64,000 nucleotides of DNA, taken from assembly GCA_951406725.2 (NCBI GenBank), contig OX597826.1, forward strand, positions 79,546,001-79,610,000, given 5' to 3'. Source of the DNA: Octopus vulgaris (lineage: Eukaryota). Made by a program: the position numbers and the translations under genes. The notes under the pieces were generated by a model that did no database searches, was not told the origin of the DNA, and saw only the letters and a program-made list of their open reading frames with translations. How positions within the stretch are numbered: position 1 is the stretch's first letter; each line of letters opens with the position of its first letter. Positions 12,735 through 26,091 of the stretch are shown piece by piece.

Positions 12735-13640
12735 TGTGAAGTTTAAATAAGAAGTGTTGAAAGATCGCTCTTAGAATAGTAAGGAAAACAACGAAAGCCA
12801 ACCCAAAGAGCATTGCAACAGGCAATTATAAATAAATTTTAAAAAGTTGAAGCAAAACATATATATTATTGAATACGCTAGAATAATTCGAAAGTGTAAT
12901 ATAAAACCAAAGCTTAGGAAAGAAAAAAATTTAAACAAATCGTATTGTTAAATAAGATTAATATTGAGAACTGAACTTGCAGCTGAAATAATTTGTGAAT
13001 AACACAACAGCTTCTGTGGCGATAATTAGACACAGTGAAAATAAGAATTAAATGAAGTGAAAGAACTGAAGAACGAGAATTGTGAAGAACATGAAGATTA
13101 TGAGAACATGGAGATTTGTTGTTGACAAATTATGCTTGTAATATCGAGTTAGAAAATTCGTTAGAAAAAATAAATGAATTAGGAAATAGGATTCCTAAAA
13201 CTTATATTACAGAATTTTAAAAAGAAATAAACAGACTTAATAAATTTGTTTAGTTAAAGGATTCATATGAAGCGAAGAGAAACGACACTTTAGCTGTGAA
13301 TGTATGCATGTGTGTGTGTGTGTGTGTGTGCGTGTGTGTGTGCGTGCGTGTGTGTGTGTATGTATAAATATAGATCCATCCATCCATGCACACGTGCGTA
13401 CATTCACCGAATATTAAATATCTGCACATCTGATAACAGAGCGGGTATTTAATACACGTGCTTTTTAAGGATGGCCGATACGGAAACAAATATGGTGACT
13501 TCTCAAGACAGCATAGCTTGGTTAATATATTCACTCTTCTGATAAATATGTGAGGGTCTATTTTTGTCTAACTTATGAATTCTTAAGCGACACACACACA
13601 CACATCTTCACACGAACGCATTTATATCTGTCTGTCTGTA

Positions 13641-13706
<66 letters not shown>

Positions 13707-13959
13707 TCTATCTATCAACAATACTATGTATTTTTGCCCAACACAGCATCACTCAGACGTACAGATTAAATCTAAACATATGTGAAAGCCTTGCTGTGAA
13801 ATCATTTAAATATAATTATAAAAATCAATTAATTATAGAAATATAAATATATTCCATCCTGTGCTATTCATTTACAGAGTAATGGCGGGGGAGCCTCCTG
13901 GCGGATTGTTTTATGATTAGTAGAAGATCGGCCATTACAGAAAACGTATTCCGTTGGTC

Positions 13960-14005
13960 ATCTCTGATGATCGATAAACTAATCGTGAAACGGTCCGTCG
14001 CGAGG
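13960..14005 (+). ncRNA. type I hammerhead ribozyme motif (weak stem I)
   Basis: CTGATGA(13964)-T-CGAT-AAACTA-ATCG-T-GAAA-CGG-T-CCG-TC; degenerate inverted copy at 13887-13920. Confidence 0.65.
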
Positions 14006-14115
14006 CTCACCCATTTTCTCCTCAAGCCAAAGGCTCAGACGCAATGTATTTATATATTTATTTGAACTTATATATGTTTACACATACGTACCTGCATACA
14101 TATATGTATATACTA

Positions 14116-14455
14116 CATGGTTCCGGGTTCGGTACCACTGCGTGGCACCTTGGGCAAGTGTCTTCTACTTTAGTCTCGAGCCGACCAAAGCTTTGTGAGT
14201 GAAATTGGTAGACGGAAACTGAAAGGAGTTCGTCTATAAATATGTATATGCTTGTATACGTTTGTGCGTCTGTGTTAGTCCCCCACCACCATCGCTTGAC
14301 AACCGATGTTGGTGTGTTTACATGCCCGTAACCCAGCGGTTCGGCAAAAGAAACCGATGGAATAAGTACTAGGCTTACAAAGAATAAGTCCTGGGATCGA
14401 TTTGTTCGACTAAAGGTGGTGCTTCAGCATGACCACAATCAAATACAAGTAAAAG
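14116..14455 (+). mobile_element. SINE family B (bipartite, microsatellite-like middle)
   Basis: GGTTCG..CACCTTGGGCAAGTGTC head region; 3' GGTGGTGCTTCAGCATGACCACA..ACAAGTAAAAG tail. Confidence 0.88.
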
Positions 14456-14527
14456 CATAAAAAATACATGTATACACACACACACATATATATACATGCG
14501 TACATATGTATATGAAAACATATATAC

Positions 14528-14560
<33 letters not shown>

Positions 14561-14661
14561 TGTATGTATGTATGTATATATATGTATATATATATATATA
14601 ATATATATATATATATATAATATATATATATAAATATATGTATATATATATATATGTATAA

Positions 14662-14845
14662 AGGGAAAGTTGAAATTTGCAGTAAAACTAAAGACGCAGA
14701 CATGTGTATAAACAACAAGCAGGTGTAATAGTTTGACGCTCGGTGAGAAAGTATTTTATGTTTCGAGCCTACGCTCTTCAACAGAAAGGAACACGATGAA
14801 ATAAACAGAGAGAGAATAAAAAGAATCTTGTGGAGTTAGCGGTCA
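14662..14845 (-). mobile_element. Penelope pLTR-like repeat with A6U hammerhead motif (14752-14789)
   Basis: reverse complement reads CCTTT-CTGTTGA-A-GAGC-GTAG-GCTC-GAAACATA; next to (TA)n. Confidence 0.7.
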
Positions 14846-15459
14846 ATAAACATATTAAAAAGCCTTCAATGTGAAATGATATATAATTATAACTACATAA
14901 AAAAGAGGATGGCTATAAAATCCACATCGTTAATATAAGAAGATTAAAAGTCTATATAATACAGTAAGCTGACAAAACAAACTGAATCAGAGACAATATT
15001 TCGTAGGATAAATATATGGGTATCATATGGGAGAAGAAAGCTTGTAACGGTGTTTCTGGCCATGACCATCAGTCTGAGGCTTGCTGGGAAGACTCTGCTG
15101 CTGGTCGGGTACTGGTAGTCTGTTGGGACTACTAGAAGTGATAGGGTTGAGCAATGTGATAGGGAACTAACCGCAGATGGAACTAACCGTAGACAAAGCT
15201 CCTGACTGTCAAAAAGATTTAACGAACACCGTAAAAGAAAATAGATTCAGATGGCCAAGTTCTCCAGCTCATCTCCTCTCTATCGAGGAGTTCTCTCCAT
15301 AAACTGAAATGGCTAACTATGCGCATGCGTCATAAGACTGGATGCTCTATTTAGATGTACATCCATTCGGTGAGATGTTCGTACCGAGTGCTGTGGGTTG
15401 GTTTGAGAAAACTACTACAAAAAGTTTTTTAAAAATGTACAACAGTACAACAACCATGG

Positions 15460-15708
<249 letters not shown>

Positions 15709-16088
15709 GGTAAACTTAGAATTTCCTGGTTTTATCACATGCAGAGTGTGCCATAAAGCAAAACGAACGATAATGAAAATAGATAGACAAATATTTATTG
15801 CAGATCGATAATGGAATGTATTGCCGTAATGTAGCGTTTCACTTAATATTCTAGTTCAGTAGATTATAACGAAACGGTTCCTCTCATTATTTCATTTCCT
15901 GAGACCATTTCTATGTAAACACACACACACACACACCCACACATTCATATGTGTTTAGGAGTATGTGTATATGTATTTTGGATACTAGTCTGTTTCAGCG
16001 AATGTGTTTGCGTGTATGTATGTGTGTGTGTATATATATGTGTGTTTATATATATATATATAAATGTGTGTGTGTGTGTGTATATATG

Positions 16089-16150
<62 letters not shown>

Positions 16151-16622
16151 CGTACATGTATATATCTGTATATGTATGGCAAATGCATAAGAACGTGGCA
16201 GTATGTTTAAGCGTAAAATTTAATCACTGTGAGAGCACAATGAGTCAGCAAGTAGTCGGTGCTATAAATTTATGTCTAAACAAATGAAGCAGACAGGAAG
16301 AAGGGACCTAAAATATAATGTATAGGGAAGATTTGCACGTTTATCAAGTGTTGCCTCTCGGGACATCTTCTTGTGTGCCTACTAACTTCGTCAGCCGCTG
16401 TTGAACTCTAGGCTTATATACAGAAACGCAATATATAGCAGCAAATTACTCGTACGATGGTGCGCTCGTACTGCAAGGTTCTATTGTGTATATTTGTGTG
16501 TATATATATATATATAACATTAACACTGCTTCCAAAGCAGTGGTGGGACGACAAACACAGATAGAATCTCTCTCTCTCTCTCTCTTTCACACACACACAC
16601 AAATACGTGTGAGTGTATGTGC

Positions 16623-16656
<34 letters not shown>

Positions 16657-16671
16657 TCTATGACTACTCTT

Positions 16672-17078
16672 TTCTCTTTTACTTGTTTCAATAATTTGAC
16701 TCTGGCCATGCTAGAGCACCGCATTTAGTCGAGTAAATCGACCCCAGGACTTATTCTTTGTAAGCCTAGTACTTATTCTATCGCTCTCTTTTGCCGAACC
16801 GCTAAGTTACGGGGAAGTAAACACACCAGCATCGGTTGTCAAGCGATGTTGGGGTGGGGGACAAACACAGACACACAAACGTATACACACACATACACAC
16901 ACATACATATACATATTTACGAGGGGTTTCTTTCAGTTTCCGTCTACCAAATCTACTCACAAGGCTTTGGTAGAAGACGAGGCTATAGTAGAAGACGCCT
17001 AAGGTGCCTCGCAATAGGACTGAACCCGGAACCAATGTGGTTGGTAAGCAAGATACTTACTACACAGCCACTCCTACG

Positions 17079-17080
<2 letters not shown>
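16672..17080 (-). mobile_element. SINE family B, near full length
   Basis: reverse complement of 14116-14455 plus tRNA-like head (..CTTACTACACAGCCACTCCTACGCCT). Confidence 0.9.
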
Positions 17081-17128
<48 letters not shown>

Positions 17129-17183
17129 TGCTATAATGAATCCATAAATACATATCAAATAACATCCAAGTGTATATTTTTTC

Positions 17184-17262
17184 CCCTCTGAAGATATTAT
17201 GCTGAGGTCATATAAATATACGTTTAATATTTACTGAATATTAACTGAAACAGCTGTAAGTG
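17184..17262 (+). ncRNA. hammerhead-like motif with long stem II region
   Basis: CTGAAGA(17188)..52 nt with hairpin TTAATATTT/GAATATTAA..GAAA(17247)-CAGCTG-TA. Confidence 0.5.
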
Positions 17263-17398
17263 AAGATGATTAATTTGTTTTTACTAATAAACAATTATTA
17301 ACTTCCTAATCTCCACTTAAGAAAAATTATAGGAATATAAACTATATGCTTTTATATATACCTATTATTTTAAGGAAATGAATTACTCCAAAATATTA

Positions 17399-17606
17399 TT
17401 AGGGTGGTGCATAATTATTGCGGCTTTTTTTTCAATAAGTTTTATTCAACAAAAACTATATCAACATTTAACAAAAACCTCTTGAAATGATTGTTCCGGA
17501 GCATATTCACCATCGACTTCAATTTCTGCTTGGCGTTTCGTTTAAATTTTTTGTTGAATAAAATTTATTGAAAAAAAAAAGCCGGAATAATTATGCACCA
17601 ACCTAA
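17399..17606. mobile_element. mariner-derived MITE (Hsmar1/MADE1-like TIR)
   Basis: TTAGGGTGGTGCATAATTATTGCGGCTTTT / AAAAGCCGGAATAATTATGCACCAACCTAA; minus-strand remnant IEVDGEYAPE like a mariner C-terminus. Confidence 0.85.
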
Positions 17607-17681
17607 CAGGTATTGAACCAGTATTTCCTTGAATCAAATTTATAAACACACACACACACACACACACACATACACACACAC

Positions 17682-17744
<63 letters not shown>

Positions 17745-17746
17745 CA

Positions 17747-17882
17747 CGATGGGCTTTTTATTCAGTTTCTGTCTACCATAGAAAGTTTTGGTCGGGCGAG
17801 GCTATAGTAGAAGGTAATCTTCCAAGGTGCCACTCAGTGGGACTGAACCCGGGACCATGTATTTGGGAAGCACACAGCCACA
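17747..17882 (-). mobile_element. SINE family B, 5' half, degenerate
   Basis: CCAAGGTGCCACTCAGTGGGACTGAACCC. Confidence 0.75.
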
Positions 17883-18253
17883 TATACATGGTAGTAATAT
17901 TTTTCTTTTAGAATATGGTTTTCAGAAACTAATACAAATTTCAACAAATAAATGAATTTAGAATCAAAATTCAATATTGTATTAATAAAAGCGATTAGAA
18001 TTGAAGTATATAAATGCAAATCAGTTGTTGATATTACTACTACTACCACAACAGCAGCAGCAGCAGCAGCAGCAACAACAACAACAAATAATAATATTAG
18101 TCTCTTATTTGCAAAAGATCAGGAAAAATCTCTATGAATAATATTCGTACATAGATACGCGCACACATACACATATGCATGTTTAATGTTGGAGAAAGGG
18201 GTATTCATTATGTATCGCAGACGACATAATTTTAATAAAAATCTATAAACTCA

Positions 18254-18262
18254 TATCTATCA

Positions 18263-18350
<88 letters not shown>

Positions 18351-18406
18351 GATCTATCTATCTATCTATCGATTTATCTATCTATCGATCTATCTATCTA
18401 TCTATC

Positions 18407-18493
<87 letters not shown>

Positions 18494-18520
18494 GTCTGTC
18501 TGTCTGTCTGTCTGTCTGTT
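18254..18520. repeat. (TATC)n/(TGTC)n microsatellite
   Basis: direct reading. Confidence 0.97.
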
Positions 18521-18835
18521 TATCTATCCATCTGTCTCTCTATCTCACTTATCTCTATATATTTCGTCTTTAGGAATGGAGTAGCAGTGAAACAATTGTT
18601 ACTCATAAATAACGGGGTAAATTCATTCATTACTTTCTTAATTGAATATGCCTTCACACAAACACACACACATACACACAAACATATACCTACCTATCTG
18701 AACGAGTGTATATGTGTGCGCACTCAACATACACACACATCAACATAGATATAAATATACACCGGAGTAAACACATAAATGTGAAACAAGGTGGAAAAAA
18801 GAGTACTCAAATACCAGTGGTAGAGTAATATGCTT

Positions 18836-18962
18836 TATTTAAAGCAGCAGAAAATTCAACAAAACCTGTTACTCTTAGTTTCCCGTTGCCGTTCATATTC
18901 GATGAACGGCAACGGGAAACTCAGAGTAACAGGTTTTGTTGAATTTTCTGCTGCTTTAAATA
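18836..18962. repeat. fold-back palindrome, 61-bp arms, 5-nt loop, one mismatch
   Basis: 18836-18896 vs 18902-18962. Confidence 0.95.
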
Positions 18963-19026
18963 GATGTAAATATATAGAGGAGAAAGAGAACGCGTGAAAG
19001 AAAAGGATGAATGAGAAGAGAAAAGT

Positions 19027-19190
19027 CTGCAAATCCAGTCCTCGAGATACACTTTCAGTCTCGTACCCATTATTATTGGAGCAACAGAATACATACCAAC
19101 GAATCTGGAACAAAGTATGGCCGAACTTGAGTTCTTGGGGGAGAGAACGCAAATCTTTAATTTATACGCTACAAATGAAGCAAATAGTAA
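19027..19190 (+). pseudogene. R4/Dong-like RLE non-LTR retrotransposon C-terminal fragment
   Basis: LQIQSSRYTFSLVPIIIGATEYIPTNLEQSMAELEF, then frameshifted RKSLIYTLQMKQI; resembles the VPIxIGALG motif after the RLE nuclease. Confidence 0.6.
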
Positions 19191-20494
19191 CAGACCGTTG
19201 TAAGCGCCGCAACTTAAAAACCGAGAAAAACGCAGTCAAAGTACCGTGTCTTTCAGAATGCGATATCTCGGCAAGGAATAAAGCTAGGAAGCTGATTTTG
19301 GTCTTAAAATGGCCGTGAAAACCTCCGCTAATCATTTCACGTATGCAAAATTATTTATTTATGTAGGCATCTGAAAGATGAAACAATGACTGCGTCTTTC
19401 TCATTTTGTAGACGATACCGGTACTACGAAACGGTGTATTGCATTGAATATTCTAGTCACAATACCTAGAAAAAACATGCAGAGACCCGACCGAAGGTAT
19501 TGTTTGGGTTTTAATATACCAAGGTAAGTATCTTTAAGAGGTATGTAAGACAATATAGTAAGATAATAGCCCGTTATCGTTACGATGGTAACGAGGAATA
19601 TTAAAAAATGAGCCATAACACCTCGAAAAACGATACAGGGACCACACCAAAGTTATTGACTGAGCGTGTTTGCTTCCGATGGTGTGTTACTAAACTTTCT
19701 AGTCCGAGTTTGGGTGAGCGAGCGTCGTGTCAATAGCATCGAGGTACAATTTTTTTCAGTCGGATTTTCGACCTCATTGCAAGTCTCATCGGTTCTTTCT
19801 CCCAACTTTTTCGGATTCTAGACGTCGAGATAAAGAAAAGGATATACTAACTCGAAAAATGGCCGGCGTGGCGCTTACGACACTCTGTTACTAAACGCTT
19901 CAAATGACCCCGATGCCTGGGGCTATAAAAATCTGCAAGACCTTCTGAAGATTAAAGGGTTATGAACAAAACGATATTTTTCTTCCCAACCTTGCTACCA
20001 AGTTGGTGGCCGATCAAATTTACTCTAAACTAAAGAGAGAAAGAGAACACACACACACACACACACATACATAAATACATGCATGCATCAATACACACAC
20101 ACACACACCACACTCAGACACACACGCATATATAATTCATAGTCATAATTATGTGCGGCCAAACAAATGGGGAAAATGTATATAAAAAAAAACCTATCGA
20201 TGCCAGCAGAAGAGTTAACATCCAGCCAACCCCTTCCAACACGATCCAACACCCCCACCACACACTAATATCCAAATACATGCCTCACCCCTACACCCTC
20301 CCTGAAATCCGAACATCTTCGCCACTCTGGAATCTCACAAGTTCCATTCTCTAATTAGTTTAGCTCATTGATAAATAAATAATGAATGCTATTTGTTAAT
20401 ACCAGATATACAAACAATTTTTTTAGTCTTTCACTGGAATTCTTTTTGTCTGAGATTTCCCAAGATATTTCGCTAATTTCAGATTCTATGCAAA

Positions 20495-20525
<31 letters not shown>

Positions 20526-20638
20526 CTTCTTCTTCTTCTTTATCTTCTTCTTCTTCTTCTTCTTCTTTATCTTCTTCTTCTTCTTCTTCTTCTTTTTCTC
20601 TTCCTCCTCCTCCTCCTCCTCCTCCTCCTCCTTCTTCT
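20495..20638. repeat. (CTT)n/(CCT)n microsatellite
   Basis: direct reading. Confidence 0.97.
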
Positions 20639-20671
20639 TGCAATAGTAGTTGTTGTTAATAAGGCATATGG

Positions 20672-20810
20672 GCATTTCGTTCCTCTTTACATTCTGAGTT
20701 CAAATTCTGTTGAGGTCGACATTATCTTTTCCCCTTTAGGGGGTCGATGAAATTAACAACCAACTGAGTACAGGAGTCGATGTGATCGACTTTGCTCCTC
20801 GCTACAATAT
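20672..20810 (+). mobile_element. SINE family A, degenerate
   Basis: TTCTGAGTTCAAATTC..GAGGTCGAC..GGGGTCGAT. Confidence 0.7.
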
Positions 20811-20848
20811 TTCATCGATTAGCGGAAAGGATTATTTGTTATTATTAT

Positions 20849-21012
20849 ACAGTCATGGTTGTGTGATTAAGAAGTTTGGCGTCTCAACAATGTGGTCCCG
20901 AGTTCAGTTCCACTGCACAGCACTTCGGGCGAAGGTCTTCTACAATACCTACAGGCTGACCAATGTATTGTGAGCGAACCTGGTAGATGGAAACTGTGAA
21001 AGCCCGTCGTAT
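20849..21012 (+). mobile_element. SINE family B, 5' half, degenerate
   Basis: GTTCAGTTCCACTGC..TGGTAGATGGAAACTG..AAGCCCGTCGTAT. Confidence 0.7.
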
Positions 21013-21194
21013 GTATATACATACATGTACGAATATGCATGTATATATATATATATATATATATGGGTGTGTGTGTGTGTTTGTGTGTGTGCGTGCGCGT
21101 GCGTGCGTGTCTTGCCTCCTTGTCTTGACGTCGTGGGATGGATATAAACGCGTGTCACATTCATGCAACCGATGTGCTTTGCTTTTAGTATTTC

Positions 21195-21375
21195 GTTAAA
21201 CCTTTTTTGGCCGTTTGGAAATATTTTCCTTGGAAACAAGGGAGGGTTGGCGACAGTAAGGGCATCCAGCGATAAGAAATCTCGCTCAACAAATTCCGTA
21301 AAACCCACACAAGTATGGAAAAGTGGTCGGTAAACCAGCAACGACGGTGATGACGATGGTGATAATGATGATGAC
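21195..21375 (+). mobile_element. retroelement 3' tail ending in (GAT)n
   Basis: AAGGGCATCCAGC..ATGGAAAA..TAAAC..GATGATG shared with 39110-39250. Confidence 0.6.
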
Positions 21376-21779
21376 TATCATAATTATAATTTTTTTTTCT
21401 CTTCAAGCTAAATATCAATGTCTAACACAAGGCATTAACCAGAAAACACCTTTCTAAGAATATAAACTGTTTTAAGGAGGGAAATAATGCGGAAAATAAC
21501 GTGTTAGGTAGACCTTGAGTAGTACACAATGACTGTATTCACTTAAACGTTATTGTAACTCTGATCGAGTTCAGCCAAATGCACCGTTGAGCATATTTTG
21601 AAACCTTTGATGTTTAAGAAACACCATCTTGAAGTTATTCTATTTAAAACTCTGAGCCATGTCTAATAATTTTACTAGTAATCTATCTTTTGCTGTTGCT
21701 TGTATTCTGGCTTTTAGAATTATAACTTATTCAGAAAGTTCCTAACTCCAGAGATGCGTAATTTTGTCAATTGAGTGGT

Positions 21780-23487
21780 TTTCGTTCTCTGAATTTTCTT
21801 CGTTATTTTTCGAAGGCGGAATTTTATAATCCTATGGAAAAAAATTGTTCATCCTCGCATATTAACCGAGTCTCTTTATACAGTAGGTTTTTTTCTTATT
21901 TACTTTCGTTCTTTCACCGACCACTTGGGAATCTTCAGCTGTGATTAATATTCCTTCCTAATCACACGATGAAAACGTGCTTCTACAGGCTGGTACTCTC
22001 AAGGGACGAAGTGTTTGCTCATCTGTTTCTGACATCGTGCTTCAAAATATTTTCTTTGCTATTTCAAACGAAAACTATTATGTCAGTTTTGGTTTGGTGT
22101 TAGGTTTGGCTTGTAGTGTCTGGGGCTATTTTAGTGTTTTTCTGTTGTATAAAATACGTGTTTGTTGTTCTGTGAATATGTGAATATATGTTGTGTGTCT
22201 AGTGAAAACGAAAGAAAGGAAAGATTAGAATGGGTCCAGTTTAAAAGCAAGTGCGCTGCTGGAAGGCTGTCAGGAAGAGGCGCCTCTTTTCTGGAATATA
22301 TGAACTGCTTCAGCAACTCAAATGGGAACGACAACTTATAAAAAAAAAAGAAAACTGTCAGAAACTACTGTGTGCTACTTGAAGAGGAGAGAAGGGATCA
22401 AAGTTGTTGATGGTTGTTGTAAACAACAGTATCACTCTATCAGCACCAAATTGAACTCGACCTTGAGGACGCAGGAGATCTTGCGGTTCGTTTAAAACCT
22501 ATGATGCCCTCAGAAAATTCAGGGAATTTAATTTGCAGAAGGTGAAATGAATGGAAATTAGTCAAGGTGAACGGGCTTCATTGGATGCAGTACCTAAACC
22601 TTTTGTGCACATTTATTTTATATGATAATTGTTTATTCACTTTGAATTCTTGTATTCTTGTTTATTTTTATGTTTTCACGTTTTGTAATCTTTTTGTATG
22701 ACAAGATTCGCTTTGCATGTTTATGTCCACAAGGATAGATTACCCAATGAAAATAGAGTAATAATAGTTATCAATTTTATTATCCTATAAAGAGTAAGCT
22801 TATTTTACCATTTTAACCTTTCTCTAGCACTAAAAGGAAAGTAGATTTCATTCTTTTCTTTAGTCTATAGGTTGTGTTTGTCGTAGAATATTGATAACTT
22901 TTAACAGCGTTATTTTCTGGGCTTAGTCTGTGATAGTTCTCACAGGAAAGTCTTCAATACCTTCTTTTTTTCTTTACTCATAATTACTTAAACTCCTATA
23001 ACCTTTCGGAAAATTCTTGCGCTAACATTCCTCATTCTCGTTATTTCAATTCTCCATTAGTATTTGAACGGTTTTTCAACCTAACTTACTGAGATGGTAC
23101 TCTCAGTTAGACAAACTTCACCAGTTAGTATACAAGGCCTGAATCATCTCGCTTTTAGATTGATGTCACGTCTGTTCGCTCATATTTTCTTGTCTGTACA
23201 TAACCCTGAGAACATTTCGTTCTCTGAATTTTCTTCGTTATTTTTCGAAGGCGGAAATTTATAATCGTATGAAAAAAAAAATTGTTCCTCTTCGCGTATT
23301 AACCGAGTCTCCTTATACAGTAGGTTTTTTTTCTTATTTACCTTCGTTCTCTCACCGACCACTTGGGAATTTTCAGCTGTGATTAATATTCCTTCCTTAT
23401 CACACGATGAAAACGTGGTTCTACAGGCTGGTATTCTCAAGGGACGAAGTGTTTGCTCATCTGTTTCTGATATCGTGCTTCAAAATA
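21780..23487. repeat. direct repeat of about 270 bp (21780-22049 and 23215-23487) in a decayed LINE-like region
   Basis: near-identical copies, e.g. GGACGAAGTGTTTGCTCATCTGTTTCTGA. Confidence 0.92.
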
Positions 23488-24545
23488 GAATAACTTCAAA
23501 TTGGTGTTATTTAAACATCAACGTCTCAAAAATTGCTCAACGATGCATTCTATTTAATATCTCCCGTTTCTATCGAGATGCGACCAGATTGAGCATACGA
23601 AAAACTCGCCGAGGTAGAAAATATAAAAATCTTCAAAAGAAGTTGTGGGGTACTAGTCCTGATCTGCATGTACCAAGTTCTTCAGTTCCCACTTCAGGTG
23701 AACTCGCGGAAGTTACCTCTTCTCAACTCCTTGTTGCAATCCGGTAGATTTAATCTGTTAATGGATAATCCCATAAAGGTTAAATTTACACGAGGTTTCG
23801 CACCCTATACAGTACTTTTTTCTCGATGAATCTCTGTTTAATGTTGTTTTTATTTGTTTAACTTTTTGTTGTGCCTATTTTTTTAGTACTTTTAGTACCA
23901 TGTAGTTTTTGCGATTTTTGATAAATTTGTAAGCGGACCAACCATTTCTGATAAATATTTTTACTAGATGCAAAAAAGCAAAACGAAAATGAAAAGAGGA
24001 GAGAACAACATAAAAACTGAGACAATGAGATATAAATGGAAGATGTAGAAGAGTGGAAAAAAACCCTTGTGGTAAAACAGAAGAAAAAAATTCTGTTAAA
24101 TATAAAAATATGATTCATAAACAAGAAACATAACTAAAATTAACGAAGGAAACACGAAGAATGGTTGGTTGATATTTTTAAAGGAAACAAAAGAAGTAAT
24201 GGATTAAAAAAAGAAAAAGAAAATATGATATAATCCTTCGTTTCTCATAACGTGACCATCACGAACAATGCCGCAAACGAAAACGATGGATTGTAACAGT
24301 TTCCATTCATAATAAATAAATAAAGAGATAAAGGAACGAGGAAATAATGATGAAGGGCAAAAAACCTTTGATAATAAATTCCTTTGATATCCTCAAACGC
24401 AAATATCAAGATTTGGTGAAAAAAACCCCAAAAAAACTCGATGAATTTGCTTCAAGAAAGTTCATAACTATATTTAGAAATTTTTTTACATAACATACAC
24501 GTTAGATTTGTGCATATCAAAGATGCGCACTCGCGAAAAGAGATA

Positions 24546-24596
<51 letters not shown>

Positions 24597-24860
24597 ACGC
24601 ACACACACAGGTATATGTATACAAATTACAGATATACATATGTACATATATATACATATCTATATTTATGCATACACACACGCATGCACTCACACGTGCA
24701 CGCACAAGTATATATATAATTTATATACACTCACGCCTGTGCACAAACACATGCATGTATGCATAGAAATTTATATTGAAGAAAATACATTATTTTCATA
24801 TATATTTTTGTATGTACGTATTTATGTGTATACATATATATAAATATATATGTATGTATG

Positions 24861-24920
<60 letters not shown>

Positions 24921-24925
<5 letters not shown>

Positions 24926-25135
24926 ACGGAGATGTACTTGCATAGCAAGTGACTTGATCTGAGATCGTGTGCTGGAACGAAAACAATTGCAGAGATGCAC
25001 ACGAAGCTTTGTCAGTGAACATGTCGCGGTCTCAAAGCGACGAAAATAATTTGACAAATTAAATTTAAATGTTGAAGTGAATCTAACGGTTTTTGTGTGT
25101 TTCTTAAATGGCTTATAAACACCTTCCACGCTGCA

Positions 25136-25140
<5 letters not shown>
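24921..25140. mobile_element. unclassified 220-bp insertion in (TA)n, Penelope pLTR-like
   Basis: (TA)n on both sides; internal inverted ACAATTGCAG/CTGCAATTGT. Confidence 0.4.
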
Positions 25141-25198
<58 letters not shown>

Positions 25199-25414
25199 AT
25201 ATACACACATAAATAACATGAAGAGTGCATATATCTTTTCACATACAAGCAACACTGCTCAGTATAAAAAAATTACAAAATTAAATAACGTAACGAATCC
25301 TTTATGAAATATCTTTCTTGTGTAAAAGCAGCCCTAGGTAAGCGACAACAGTTCAGTGTCCTATGTCCACATGCATATTACATCTCTCTCTCCCCATCCA
25401 TCCATCAGCCATCC

Positions 25415-25496
<82 letters not shown>

Positions 25497-26091
25497 TCTA
25501 ATCTATCCATCTACTTGAGGAAAAAGATAGTTGGATACAGGAAAACTGGTTTACACCAATGTTATCTCTCTATCTCCTTTCTTCCATACAATTGTTACAA
25601 ACACCTAAATTTTAACGAAAATAAACAATGTAAAGGGAAAAAGATAAAGCGTTCTAAACAGAATTTAATAAATATGGCGGCCAGAAATTGCCTTTTTCAC
25701 CTAAACATCCCACAATGCATTCGCAGTAATAATGTTGACACCAACGTTTTGGGCACTTGACCGGTCTACAGTGGAACCTGTTTCATAGATATTAAGGTCA
25801 CAAGGTCAAGGAGAAATTTCTCAAGAGCAGTAATATTGACAGGCTCCAAACTCAGAAGATAAAAGAAGGGAGAGATTAGTTCAGACAGCCTCAATAGATC
25901 GGATGTGTCCGTGTGTCACTCATTTCAACTGCTAAATATCCAAGGATATGTATGCCATCCATGCGTGTTTGGAAGCATTTTCTTTTCTCTTGGAAAATGC
26001 AATATTTTTGGACACAAATTGGAATTTAGGTTAATGCAATCAATTTGACATTGTTGAAAGAATGCTGTGAGCCTTGGACGTAGAATTCCGT

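Noticed and set aside
15043-15075. Minus-strand CTGATGG..GAAACACCGTT motif
   Set aside because: Needs an assumed deletion to fit the core; possibly a decayed PLE HHR but not supportable.
19755-19800. Minus-strand CCGATGA-GACTT..AGGTC-GAAA
   Set aside because: Stem II is plausible but stems I and III are absent.
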